From positions 1-64,000 of IMG/VR virus record IMGVR_UViG_3300009026_000007: DNA of 64,000 nucleotides, one strand, 5' to 3'. Numbering within the stretch: the first letter of the stretch is position 1; each line of letters opens with the position of its first letter. The position numbers and the translations under genes are program-made. This DNA comes from a virus. Below the pieces are notes generated by a model, which made no database searches, was not told the origin of the DNA, and saw only the letters and a list, made by a program, of their open reading frames with translations. This document shows positions 1 to 9,247 of the stretch, one piece after another.

Positions 1-2
1 CT

Positions 3-383
3 ACAACATCTACCCCAGAAGAATTTCTAGCTGTACTTAACCTTGTTTTCGGGACTGATACGACAGTATTAACAGAAGAGGGAGACGCCTCTATTACTGT
101 ATTGTTATCAAGAACCTTGACCGACTTTGAAAGAGCGCTCCTCTTCTACATCAGTAATGAACCAGGTTATCCATCAAGACTTATTCCAAAAACAGTTGGT
201 GTAAGAATAAACTTTGGTGAATATGATGGAGACAACTTCTTTGGTTTTGATGGAGTGCCTGGAGCTAAGGGTTTTGGAGAATTTACAGGCACATATGGGT
301 ATGGTCTTGGTTACGGCCTCCATTATGGTGATAGTGATTTTGTAGTAACTGGCAATGGCGGAACTTTCGCCACCTTATTTTAA
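3..383 (+). CDS. Baseplate protein (DUF2612-like), 5'-truncated by window edge
   Basis: Frame is open from nt 3 (TTSTPEEFLAVLNLVFG...); ends with FFGFDGVPGAKGFG motif typical of myovirus baseplate wedge; directly upstream of tail fibre. Confidence 0.6.
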   Translation, partial: TTSTPEEFLAVLNLVFGTDTTVLTEEGDASITVLLSRTLTDFERALLFYISNEPGYPSRLIPKTVGVRINFGEYDGDNFFGFDGVPGAKGFGEFTGTYGYGLGYGLHYGDSDFVVTGNGGTFATLF

Positions 384-415
384 AGATTTTATTAATTATC
401 TAGGATAATACTTTT

Positions 416-1309
416 ATGGCAGAAATTAACAAACCCTCAGATATTAATAAAATCTGGGCAGCAGCAGGTGATGTCTTAGCTCCCTCCGACTCTAAAATTG
501 CCACGGGTTGGCAGGTTGAGATTCCCCCAAGACAGTATTTCAACTATATTGATAACAAACAAGACCAAGCTATTGCACACATCAACCAGCATGGTATTCC
601 TGTATGGGACAATACTACAGAGTACCAGTACAGCGTAAGCGGTACTAAGTCAATTTGTATGGGCTCTGATGGGACTATTTATCGAACCAAGCAAGTGAGT
701 ATTAACCAGAACCCAGTGACAGACACTACTGACACTTACTGGGAAATTGCTTTTGCTAACGTTGCAGACTTTTATACTCAGACTCAGAGTGATGTCAGAT
801 ACCTTCAAAAATCTGCAAACCTGTCTGATCTGACAAATACAGCAACCGCCCGTACAAATCTATCTGTTTACTCACAAGCGCAGACATACAACCAATCCCA
901 AATTGATGCGAAAACTACTGTTGCTTCTGCCGCACAGGCACAGGCACAAACCAGTGATGTTGTTTTGCTATCCGCATTAAAACTTGCTGCTGCTTTCCAA
1001 GGTGCAAACCAGTCTATAACACCCGCCCCTGGATTTCAAAAAGTTCCAGGCGGTTTAATCGTTCAATGGGGGACAGTAGCTGTTGCAGGTGGTAGCACTC
1101 CTGTATCTTTCCCAGTAGTATTTCCAAACAAGTGTCTAAGCGTCTTACAAGGAGAGGGAAGTTCCTCTGGGTGGGGGACAACCAGCCCAACAATTCACGG
1201 GGCAGATGCTGTTACTGTATCTGGCTTTACAGCAAAAGTTGTAAGGTGGGGTGGATCATCGTGGGTTACGGGTAATGCCTCGGCCTTTTGGATTGCTGTG
1301 GGATATTAA
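416..1309 (+). CDS. Tail fibre protein
   Basis: N-terminal WA..GD...P.....GW....PP.QYFN anchor motif, LQKSANLSDL..TATARTNL repeat, C-terminal gp53-like GFQKVPGGLIVQWG...FP..FPN domain. Confidence 0.85.
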   Translation: MAEINKPSDINKIWAAAGDVLAPSDSKIATGWQVEIPPRQYFNYIDNKQDQAIAHINQHGIPVWDNTTEYQYSVSGTKSICMGSDGTIYRTKQVSINQNPVTDTTDTYWEIAFANVADFYTQTQSDVRYLQKSANLSDLTNTATARTNLSVYSQAQTYNQSQIDAKTTVASAAQAQAQTSDVVLLSALKLAAAFQGANQSITPAPGFQKVPGGLIVQWGTVAVAGGSTPVSFPVVFPNKCLSVLQGEGSSSGWGTTSPTIHGADAVTVSGFTAKVVRWGGSSWVTGNASAFWIAVGY

Positions 1310-1310
1310 T

Positions 1311-1724
1311 ATGAAAGACATTAAATTTTATATTAACCCTGAAAATAGTGGATTTTACCAAACAGATATAAATACTTCTATCCCTGATAAAGCCATAGAA
1401 ATTTCAGTAGAGGAAAGACATGAAATACTAAACTGCATTCTTTCTGGCGGTGTTGTCACATTCAATAAAGATAAGTACCAATTAAGTTTTATTGAACAAA
1501 AAGAAATTGACAAGAAATCTGCAATTTATGCTGAAAGGTGCTGGAGAGATTCTGAACTTTCTAAAGCGGATGTACAGATTTTTAAACTAGAAGACTCGCC
1601 TAAAGACTGTAATAAGGAAATCTCTGTGTGGAGAGGCTATAGAACACTTTTAAGGGATTACCCCTCCACAACAAGATTTCCTTATGGGAAACGTCCTTCA
1701 CTTAATAAGGATCTGTTAAAATGA
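1311..1724 (+). CDS. Tail fibre assembly chaperone
   Basis: Starts at ATG 1311; GFY...IP..AIEIS and ERxWRDxEL...WRxYRxxLRDxP motifs of Tfa/XkdW-like chaperones. Confidence 0.8.
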   Translation: MKDIKFYINPENSGFYQTDINTSIPDKAIEISVEERHEILNCILSGGVVTFNKDKYQLSFIEQKEIDKKSAIYAERCWRDSELSKADVQIFKLEDSPKDCNKEISVWRGYRTLLRDYPSTTRFPYGKRPSLNKDLLK

Positions 1725-3898
1725 CTCAGCAAACTTCTCCTTTTGTTGAAGTAAACTATGGGTGGGCCTATGGGGAGTCTGGGTGGAATGGTGGTATGGA
1801 TGAAAACTTACTTCAATTTTCCTACCTATTCGATAGAAATGTTGATGGTGTCGTCAGCTCTTTACCTCCAGCAATTTCAGGATCTTCATATTATCTAACT
1901 GCCGATAATAGGTTTTATTTTGCAGTTGGTACAACATATTATTCTTCTCCAGTACCAAAGTGGTTTACTTTCTACATTAAAAGTAATGGTAATCCTTATC
2001 AATTTAATGGTACAACGGCTGTTCTTGTTAACTCTGAATCTCAACTAAACACTCGTCTAACTGCTGTAGAACTTACTTTATCTACATTAGGAACAGCGGC
2101 CTTTAGACCTGAGACATATTTTGCAACCCAATCTGCGCTAGATGTGGCAAGTTCTCAAAGTGCTTCTTACACAGACAGCTTAAGATCTGACCTATCCTCC
2201 AGTACAGGGTCAAGTAGGGTAGGTTTTAAACTCTCATCTTTACTCTCTAGTCTTAGGACTGTACAAGATAAGTTAGCTGAGAGCGTTTCAGTAAAAGATT
2301 TTGGTGCTGTTGGGGATGGTGTTGCGGATGACACAGCAGCCATTCAAGCAGCACTGGACGCAAGTAACAGTGTGTATGTTCCTCCTGGCGTCTATCTTTT
2401 GTCTGCTACTTTACACTCACGCCCCAGAACAGAATTTTATGGGAGTGTTGCAGAGATTACCCAACTTAAAAGAAATGGCGCTGACTACGGCCATACTTTG
2501 GAGTTGGGCACAGAGTCAAGTAACCCGGCAAACAACGCCAATCTCTGTCACGTACACGGACTTTGGTTTCAAAGGAACTTCTCCTACACCCCAGGTGTCA
2601 CAACCACAATACCAGACCCTTTGTCAGCAGGAACCTCACATATTAAGTTAAATGGTGGTCAAAAAGCCATTATTGAAGATAATATGTTGTGGAACGCGCC
2701 TATTCTTATTGACGTAGTTACTAGCTCTTTGGTAACTATTAGAAATAATGGTCTACTCTCAATGATCTGGGACAATAGGGTTTCGGGGTTAAGGGAGGGT
2801 TTTGCTGCGATACAAATACGTAATAGCAGTTTAATGGCGGGGGCAACTCAACTTGTTAACGTCTATGGAAACCATATTAATGGTGGGTACTTTTCTGCAT
2901 CCCGTGCAGTAACCACAGGAAGTGTCAGTACACCAATGGTCGAGTGTATCGGCGCCTTGTATGGGTTAAACGTAGAGGCTTGTGAAGGGTTAAGTGTTTA
3001 TGATAACTACTTAGGTGCATTTAACCAAAACAATATGTATATTAATGCCATTGGCTTAGTAACTAATGTTAGGTTTTGGGGTAATTTTGTTGATGGTTCA
3101 CGAGATTATGCTATTGTAACAAACTGTACAAACGGTAATCCAACAGTAGGGTTGCAAATTTTTGGTAATGATTTTAACTTGCAGCTTATCAACATGGGAG
3201 CTATATACGCACTTGGTGCTGGTTGGACCACAGTTGTAAAACTTATCATAGCTGATAACAACATAGAAAACTCAATACAGACACCTATTCTTCTGTTCAG
3301 TGTTTCTGGTGCAAGCATCAATTCTAATATGATCAGTGCCTACAACGTAAGAAGGGGTGGTGATGCAAATAGTTTATATGCTGCCGGTATTCTTGTTGGA
3401 GGTACATCAGACAGGGTTTTTGCAAGTGGTAATAGCTATGGTGGGAATGTTAATACCTTAGATGCAACAGGTAATGGCTGCACTTGGGGTATTTACTTCG
3501 ATAACAATACTGCTGGTTATGCTTTAAACGAGTACGACTTAGGCAGGTCATTGGCTGGGAGTTTCCCCCTTGTTGTGGGGGGCACGGCTATTCCTTTGTC
3601 TCCCGTTCAGGCTACTCATGTTGCATCAACTGGTAACTTTCAACTTCTACCAAGCCATCTTGTCTATATTCGGACAGGGATGGCTACTGGCGCAACTGTG
3701 GCGGCACTTCCTGCAAATCCGATTATTGGACAAGAACATGTGATCAAAGATCAGAGTAACGCAAGTTCATTTCCTATTGTTATAAACCCAACAGGGTCTG
3801 GTATTACAATTGACGGCGCAAGTAATTTGAATATTACCACTACTTATGGATTTGTAAGACTTAGGTTCAATGGCTCTATGTGGAACAGAATAGGATAA
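1721..3898 (+). CDS. Tailspike / polysaccharide depolymerase (pectate-lyase-like beta-helix)
   Basis: VSVKDFGAVGDGVADDTAAIQAAL motif followed by Asn/Ile-rich beta-helix repeats. Confidence 0.85.
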   Translation: MTQQTSPFVEVNYGWAYGESGWNGGMDENLLQFSYLFDRNVDGVVSSLPPAISGSSYYLTADNRFYFAVGTTYYSSPVPKWFTFYIKSNGNPYQFNGTTAVLVNSESQLNTRLTAVELTLSTLGTAAFRPETYFATQSALDVASSQSASYTDSLRSDLSSSTGSSRVGFKLSSLLSSLRTVQDKLAESVSVKDFGAVGDGVADDTAAIQAALDASNSVYVPPGVYLLSATLHSRPRTEFYGSVAEITQLKRNGADYGHTLELGTESSNPANNANLCHVHGLWFQRNFSYTPGVTTTIPDPLSAGTSHIKLNGGQKAIIEDNMLWNAPILIDVVTSSLVTIRNNGLLSMIWDNRVSGLREGFAAIQIRNSSLMAGATQLVNVYGNHINGGYFSASRAVTTGSVSTPMVECIGALYGLNVEACEGLSVYDNYLGAFNQNNMYINAIGLVTNVRFWGNFVDGSRDYAIVTNCTNGNPTVGLQIFGNDFNLQLINMGAIYALGAGWTTVVKLIIADNNIENSIQTPILLFSVSGASINSNMISAYNVRRGGDANSLYAAGILVGGTSDRVFASGNSYGGNVNTLDATGNGCTWGIYFDNNTAGYALNEYDLGRSLAGSFPLVVGGTAIPLSPVQATHVASTGNFQLLPSHLVYIRTGMATGATVAALPANPIIGQEHVIKDQSNASSFPIVINPTGSGITIDGASNLNITTTYGFVRLRFNGSMWNRIG

Positions 3899-3900
3899 TC

Positions 3901-4014
3901 ATGACAAACTATTCAGAAGCTGCAAAGCTCTTGGGTGTAGAGGAGGCAGCCGTAAAGGCTGTCGCTTCTGTCGAGAGTCAAGGATTCATATTTTTCTTGG
4001 ATATTTTGATGTAA
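3901..4014 (+). pseudogene. Truncated N-acetylmuramidase (DUF3380-type) endolysin remnant, 37 aa
   Basis: Unlisted ORF MTNYSEAAKLLGVEEAAVKAVASVESQGFIFFLDILM*; AAxxLGVxxAAVKAVAxVESxG is the catalytic-Glu helix of DUF3380 muramidases; lies at the endolysin position. Confidence 0.75.
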
Positions 4015-4028
4015 CATGCTATTATTAT

Positions 4029-4049
4029 ACCTCAAATTAATTGTGAGGT
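4029..4049 (+). promoter_or_regulatory. Hairpin sequestering the RBS of the HNH gene
   Basis: ACCTCA (4029-4034) pairs with TGAGGT (4044-4049), which is the SD, ending 4 nt before ATG 4054. Confidence 0.55.
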
Positions 4050-4053
4050 TTTT

Positions 4054-4617
4054 ATGTGTAAGGTCAGTGAGTGTTTAAAAATAGACGGAAACAAAGAGAA
4101 ACTTGTTAAACGGATTTCTCAGCGCACTAAAATTAATCCCGAAACTAGGTGTATTGAGTGGACAGCAAGGTCAAGAACATCTTTTGGCTACGGGCAAATT
4201 GGGTTGAAAGATTTTACGGGTCTACGTGTTCACAGGGTTGTTTGGACTATAGCTAACGGGGAAATACCCGAAAACCTGTTGATTATGCACTCTTGTGATA
4301 ACCCACTTTGTTGTAATTTAGAACACCTTTCTCTAGGCACTCATAAAGATAATACTGCCGATATGTGGACTAAAGGGCGTCAATCAGAGCCACCAATTCA
4401 CAAAGGTTTAGAGGAATATAGAGAACGAAACCCCGGAAAATTTCGTGGTGAAGAAAATGCTACATCTAAACTAAAAGAATTTCAGGTTTTAGAAATTCTT
4501 ACTTCCCCAAAAAGCCCGAAGTATTTTTGTGAAAAATTCAATATTTCTAAGCATACTATTTCTTTAATCAGAAAACGAAAAATATGGAAACATGTTGAGG
4601 TTCCTAGTGAATATTAG
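4054..4617 (+). CDS. HNH homing endonuclease
   Basis: CIEW...GYG...RVHRVVW...GEIP...MHSCDNPLCCNLEHL..GT..DN motif plus C-terminal HTH. Confidence 0.9.
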   Translation: MCKVSECLKIDGNKEKLVKRISQRTKINPETRCIEWTARSRTSFGYGQIGLKDFTGLRVHRVVWTIANGEIPENLLIMHSCDNPLCCNLEHLSLGTHKDNTADMWTKGRQSEPPIHKGLEEYRERNPGKFRGEENATSKLKEFQVLEILTSPKSPKYFCEKFNISKHTISLIRKRKIWKHVEVPSEY

Positions 4618-5035
4618 TCAAAAAGGCATTAGCCTAATTAAAAGTTTTGAAGGCTTGTCTCTTAAAGCTTATAAAGACTCTGTTGGTGTTGTGACAATTG
4701 GCTATGGTTCCACTGGTCCTCATGTTTCAATGGGACAAACCATCACTGAGACTCAAGCAGAGTCTTTGCTTAAGAGCGACATTTCAAGGTTTGAGAAAGG
4801 GGTAAGTGACCTAGTTACTGCCCCTTTAAATCAAAATCAGTTCGATGCTCTTGTTAGTTTTAGTTTCAATCTTGGACTTGGTAATCTTAAGTCCTCAACA
4901 CTACTTAGAAAGCTTAATTCCCTAGACTATGCAGGGACATCTAAAGAGTTTGAACGTTGGAACAAAGCTGGTGGTAAAGTTTTGGCTGGACTAACCTGTA
5001 GACGAATTGCAGAGAGGGATTTGTTTCTCTCCTAG
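4607..5035 (+). CDS. Endolysin, GH24 lysozyme
   Basis: IKSFEG....Y.D.VGV.TIGYG catalytic triad (E-x8-D-x5-T), NQFDALVSF..NLG; probable GTG start at 4607 after GAGG. Confidence 0.93.
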   Translation: MNISQKGISLIKSFEGLSLKAYKDSVGVVTIGYGSTGPHVSMGQTITETQAESLLKSDISRFEKGVSDLVTAPLNQNQFDALVSFSFNLGLGNLKSSTLLRKLNSLDYAGTSKEFERWNKAGGKVLAGLTCRRIAERDLFLS

Positions 5036-5047
5036 GCAGATATAACA

Positions 5048-5389
5048 ATGACAGATGTAAAAGTTGAAGACCTTGTAACACCCATCACAAAAGATACAGC
5101 TGTTGAAGCAACAATCACTTCTACTCTGTCATCTACTCCTACTAAACTAACCCTCGTACCCAATTGGAAAAAAGTTCTCAAAACTTATTCCTTTTGGACC
5201 ACTGTATTGTCTGCTCTGTTGTCATTGGTTGAAATCATTCTTCCATTCTTCTCCCTTCTTGAGCCTACAATGTCTGTGGCTGCGTACGGCGTATCCATGT
5301 TCGTGCTCAACGTATCTGCTGCTGTCTTCAGGATGATCAAGCAACATAAGCTTTGGCAACCAGAAGAGGATAAGGACAATGTTCAGTAA
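5048..5389 (+). CDS. Putative holin
   Basis: LVPNWKKVLKTYSFW motif and two hydrophobic helices; lies between endolysin and spanins. Confidence 0.6.
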   Translation: MTDVKVEDLVTPITKDTAVEATITSTLSSTPTKLTLVPNWKKVLKTYSFWTTVLSALLSLVEIILPFFSLLEPTMSVAAYGVSMFVLNVSAAVFRMIKQHKLWQPEEDKDNVQ

Positions 5390-5822
5390 TATCTTCTCTG
5401 GTGCCACTCTGTACATCATCCTAGCTCTTCTGGCTTCAACAGCAGGGTTTGGCTACCTTTCGTATAAGCTGAGCAATGATAAGGCCGTAGCAGTAGCTCA
5501 GCTTAAGACTGCCAATGAAACGGCTGAAGGATATAAAAACTCCCTTAACTTAAAGGATTCTTCTTGTAAGATTGATGACACCTCAGTAGTTGAAGTTGAA
5601 ACAGACAAGAAAGACCTTCAAACTAAAGTTGATGCTGTATCTGATAAATTTGATAAGCTAAAAGTTATTACGGCTACTAAGCCTTCAGTCAAACAAGAGA
5701 TAATTAACCATGAAACTAATGTCTTGCCTGATGATGGGATTCTTAGTCCTAACATTACAAGCTTGCTCAAACTTGGGTGGTGTGACTCCTTCCCCACAGA
5801 TGACGTATGTCGGACCAAGTGA
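5379..5822 (+). CDS. Rz: Inner-membrane spanin (Rz-like)
   Basis: N-terminal TM helix plus coiled coil; overlapped in another frame by a lipoprotein gene. Confidence 0.75.
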   Translation: MFSNIFSGATLYIILALLASTAGFGYLSYKLSNDKAVAVAQLKTANETAEGYKNSLNLKDSSCKIDDTSVVEVETDKKDLQTKVDAVSDKFDKLKVITATKPSVKQEIINHETNVLPDDGILSPNITSLLKLGWCDSFPTDDVCRTK

Positions 5823-5994
5823 CGCATTGTTGATGCGACCATGTAAGGCAACCCCTGCTGGTGAGAGTCTTATTGATCTAGCTAAAGCTCAGAACAAAAA
5901 TGTGTCTTGCATCAGTATGTATCAGAAACAGTTAGACGCAATCAAAAAGAATAGAGACAAGCAAAAGGAATTGTATAATGTCAAACCCAAGTGA
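5710..5994 (+). CDS. Rz1: Outer-membrane lipoprotein spanin (Rz1-like)
   Basis: Signal peptide II with lipobox LQAC, Pro-rich mature part, overlaps the 3' end of Rz. Confidence 0.75.
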   Translation: MKLMSCLMMGFLVLTLQACSNLGGVTPSPQMTYVGPSDALLMRPCKATPAGESLIDLAKAQNKNVSCISMYQKQLDAIKKNRDKQKELYNVKPK

Positions 5995-6289
5995 TGCTGG
6001 GCATCGTATTAATAACTTAATGGAACGTTGTGCTATTGCATTGCTTGCGCTTCTGTTTTCTATCCTCTTCACTGTTTATCAGTATCAACGAGCCGACTTC
6101 AAAACTTTAGAAGAAAAAGTTTTAGTGATGCAGATGAATAAGGTAAACAAGGAAGATTTAAAAGATGTTGAGAGTAGGTTAAATTTGAAAATGGATGCAA
6201 TGGCTATCAACATGAGTCAAGAGGTAAGAAACACTCGTGCTGATATCATTGACAGGATTGAACTGCTGTTTGGGAAAATAAAGAAGTAG
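5978..6289 (+). CDS. Membrane-anchored coiled-coil protein (lysis region)
   Basis: Single TM helix followed by coiled coil. Confidence 0.6.
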   Translation: MSNPSDAGHRINNLMERCAIALLALLFSILFTVYQYQRADFKTLEEKVLVMQMNKVNKEDLKDVESRLNLKMDAMAINMSQEVRNTRADIIDRIELLFGKIKK

Positions 6290-6293
6290 GGGA

Positions 6294-6641
6294 ATGTCAA
6301 TGGGGTGGGTGATCATCAGAAGGGTTGCAGATTTATTGACGTTAGTACTGCTGATTATAATGATTTCCATCGTAATGACAAACAGTAAAAGCTCAGAAGA
6401 TTTTGGTAACTTTGCATTAAAGCTTGATAAGTACAAACAAGAATCAGCTAAAGTTATGTCTTCCAATATTGAGTACATGGACAAAAGAGTTAATGGATTA
6501 GCGGAAACTCAGGATAGATATCAAGTTAGTACAGATCAAAGAGTATATGTGTTAGAGCAAAGGATTATTCAATTATTATCTGAGAAGAAAACTAATCAGA
6601 AAGTTATCAACAATAATATAAATACCCTCACTACTAACTAG
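6294..6641 (+). CDS. Membrane-anchored coiled-coil protein (lysis region)
   Basis: Single TM helix followed by coiled coil. Confidence 0.6.
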   Translation: MSMGWVIIRRVADLLTLVLLIIMISIVMTNSKSSEDFGNFALKLDKYKQESAKVMSSNIEYMDKRVNGLAETQDRYQVSTDQRVYVLEQRIIQLLSEKKTNQKVINNNINTLTTN

Positions 6642-6708
6642 AAACAGAATAAATATAAGAAGCTCCCTAGAGCAAAGAGAGCTGCGCCATCAGCTTATCT
6701 CAGAATTT

Positions 6709-6745
6709 AGCCCAGCTATCCGTTTAGGACGCTGGGCTTTCTTTT
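6709..6745 (+). terminator. Rho-independent terminator ending the late operon
   Basis: AGCCCAGC...GCTGGGCT stem followed by TTCTTTT, at the convergence of + and - operons. Confidence 0.75.
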
Positions 6746-6757
6746 ACCTAAATTTTG

Positions 6758-7132
6758 TCAGATATAACTTTCAGAGTAAAGTGTGTCACCCCACTCATGC
6801 CTATCATTCAATTGACCAGCCGCTTTTGCAATTACATAAGCATCTTTACGATTGTGGAATGTACCGTATTGGTCAGTGAAGCCTTGAACCATATCATCAG
6901 GATTACACCATTCATCAAGCACATCATCACCAATAGCAATCATCTGTAGTTGCATAATAGGACAACTGTGGCGTGTTCCTGTAACAATGTAACCGTTAAA
7001 ATCATAAGCTGCTTGAGCAATACGGAGTTGAACACCATAGTATTCTGCACGGTGACGACCATCCCCCATGATATTTCCAGCAGTCATTTTCTTATAGACT
7101 TCAATAGCTTCTTTGATCCTCTCGATGCTCAC
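6758..7132 (-). CDS. Hypothetical protein
   Basis: ORF; G.RH...QGF.DQ.G.F..R..A..IA..AGQ...LYSE motif seen in phage proteins. Confidence 0.7.
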   Translation of the reverse strand: MSIERIKEAIEVYKKMTAGNIMGDGRHRAEYYGVQLRIAQAAYDFNGYIVTGTRHSCPIMQLQMIAIGDDVLDEWCNPDDMVQGFTDQYGTFHNRKDAYVIAKAAGQLNDRHEWGDTLYSESYI

Positions 7133-7265
7133 TTTGTATTCTCCACTTGTTTCTTAAAACAACCAAGAAAAATAGCCAACCGACTACGCAACTGTTGAGT
7201 ATCTTTGAACTTCAACACAAGCTCTTTAAGCTCATTCACTTGTTCTCTGAATTCATGGTCTTTCA

Positions 7266-7475
7266 TCATTCCTCCAAATTAGTCGTCTTAACGCTATTTT
7301 CAAAAGACTTTTCCAAATCTTTCAGACTCTTATTAATCGCTTGTTGCTTCTGTTTAATTACACTCACACCACCTTCAATCTGAGATTTTTTCCAGTCGAG
7401 CCAGAGATAACCACCTAGCAATACTGTGGCTAAGAGGAAGAGTGTGGCTGCAATGTCTACTAGAGGGCCTTTCAT
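7266..7475 (-). CDS. Small membrane protein
   Basis: ATG 7475 after AAGGAG; one TM helix. Confidence 0.6.
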   Translation of the reverse strand: MKGPLVDIAATLFLLATVLLGGYLWLDWKKSQIEGGVSVIKQKQQAINKSLKDLEKSFENSVKTTNLEE

Positions 7476-7485
7476 ATTGTTCTCC

Positions 7486-7950
7486 TTACCAATCCAATGT
7501 GCTGTAAATTTCACCAAAGAGCTTGTAGCCAGCTTCTTTACGTTTCTCATATTCTAAACAATCTCTATGATAACGGTCTCGTTCTTCTTGGCCTTGAATA
7601 TCAAACGTACAAGGAATATTACCCCGCTCATTAGGTTCACCGTTAATCATTTTGATAGTGAAGTCATAAGCTCGCATATCAGGTTCTTCTGTGCCAAATA
7701 CCCACAGAAGCTCTTCTAGATCTTTTAGTCGAAGTAAATCAGCAGCATCAACATCTGCGTTCCATCCATCATCCAACCCTTCAATCACTGCCTGTTTATT
7801 CATATAGTACATTGGTACGCCATGACACTCACTGGCTTTAAGACAACTGTACAGCCTCTGAATATAAGCACAGATAATTTTGTTCAGAGCGCTATCTACT
7901 GACCAAGTATCTCTGTTGGATGCAACCCACCTACCTTTTGTGTAACGCAT
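7486..7950 (-). CDS. Hypothetical protein
   Basis: ORF with GGAG SD in packed operon. Confidence 0.7.
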   Translation of the reverse strand: MRYTKGRWVASNRDTWSVDSALNKIICAYIQRLYSCLKASECHGVPMYYMNKQAVIEGLDDGWNADVDAADLLRLKDLEELLWVFGTEEPDMRAYDFTIKMINGEPNERGNIPCTFDIQGQEERDRYHRDCLEYEKRKEAGYKLFGEIYSTLDW

Positions 7951-7951
7951 C

Positions 7952-8161
7952 TTACTCTCCTAATACTTTTGTAGTATATTTAAGAAACTCATCAGATTTC
8001 ACAAGCTTCTCTTCGTATTTATCTTTATACTCTTCTGGGAACATCCAGTCAACAAGATTCTCTGCTGTCATTCTAGACATTTTGTGAATGATAAGCCTGA
8101 TACAATATTCCCTAAAATCTTCGTAAGACATATCAGTTCCTCCGAGGATCTTTACTGTCAT
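7952..8161 (-). CDS. Hypothetical protein
   Basis: ORF in packed operon. Confidence 0.55.
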   Translation of the reverse strand: MTVKILGGTDMSYEDFREYCIRLIIHKMSRMTAENLVDWMFPEEYKDKYEEKLVKSDEFLKYTTKVLGE

Positions 8162-8244
8162 TCGTAGTTAGTGCTATACAGATTATCATGAAAGGGTAGA
8201 GTAGTAAACAGAATAGTAAGAACATTTTTAAATTCCCCTCAAGA

Positions 8245-8478
8245 TTAAATATGTTTGAAAGTAGAGCACTCGTCTTTATCTAGATAAAATGATCTACCGT
8301 CCGTAATGTGTTCATGACTAAAGTAAGGATCACCACGTTGGTTGAATCCTCGTACAATAAGTTTATCACCTTTCTCAGCACAGATACAGTGTCCGTGACA
8401 ATCATTCCACTCTGTGAGCTGTTTGAGTGCATAGACAACGCTTCCTACTTCTAGGTGGTTCCAATCTTCTGTTAACAT
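8245..8478 (-). CDS. Hypothetical protein
   Basis: ORF with AGGAGAG SD. Confidence 0.65.
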   Translation of the reverse strand: MLTEDWNHLEVGSVVYALKQLTEWNDCHGHCICAEKGDKLIVRGFNQRGDPYFSHEHITDGRSFYLDKDECSTFKHI

Positions 8479-8542
8479 TTATTCTCTCCTAATAAAAAGG
8501 CCCTACGCCCCGAAGAGCATAAGGCCAATATATCACATTAGA

Positions 8543-9247
8543 TTATGTTGTCAAGCGAGCTTCGTAGAAATCTACAAAATCTTTCCAAATGCCTCCAGAC
8601 CTCAGCCTGGAAATACAGCTAGGTTCCATTTGGAGGGTGTCCGCAATCTTTTTATTTATAAGTCCTGCCTTGATCATTTCCCAAGCTTCTACTATTTTAA
8701 CAATAGAATACGCACCAACAGTAAACGACTTAGGAAAAACTTTACCTTCTCTCTTGTAAACGTGTTCCCATTTCTTGCCGTGACGAACTAGTGATATGTA
8801 ACGGGGGTGAAGATTAAACTTTTCACCTATGTAGTCGTTATTGTACCCCAGTTCAAACAGCTGGTACATCTCTAAAAGCTCTGCCTCAGTGATTTTACTG
8901 CCATGATTATCTTCTCCTCGCCTTCCTTTTGACAACCCCATATCATAGGCATGTTGGGTGTTATAACTCACGGTTACGACTTCAAGATTTGAAAGTATAT
9001 TATTTAATTTATTCCCGTCTTTATGGTTAACAACCAAATTCTCTGGTATAACTCCGAAGAACGCCTCCATCATTGCCCGATGCACACCTCTAGCCCTTGT
9101 TGTAACTCTTTTAGCAACGACCAGATAACCATGGGCATTAACAAAACACTTAATGAGTTTACCAGTTTTAGGGTTCTTTACACGCCCAATATTACTAATA
9201 AGGTAGTGAGTTAGTGGGTGCTTCTTCCAAATTTCAACATCTTCCAT
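8543..9247 (-). CDS. NUMOD4-HNH homing endonuclease
   Basis: EIWK...Y.ISN.GRVK (NUMOD4), VHR....FF...VNHKDGNKLNN...NLE...N..HA (HNH), two HTH repeats. Confidence 0.9.
   Translation of the reverse strand: MEDVEIWKKHPLTHYLISNIGRVKNPKTGKLIKCFVNAHGYLVVAKRVTTRARGVHRAMMEAFFGVIPENLVVNHKDGNKLNNILSNLEVVTVSYNTQHAYDMGLSKGRRGEDNHGSKITEAELLEMYQLFELGYNNDYIGEKFNLHPRYISLVRHGKKWEHVYKREGKVFPKSFTVGAYSIVKIVEAWEMIKAGLINKKIADTLQMEPSCISRLRSGGIWKDFVDFYEARLTT

Noticed and set aside
3985-4620. Group I intron carrying the HNH inside the muramidase gene
   Set aside because: Only about 65 nt of non-coding sequence precede the HNH and none follow it; there is no P7 core and no downstream DUF3380 exon.
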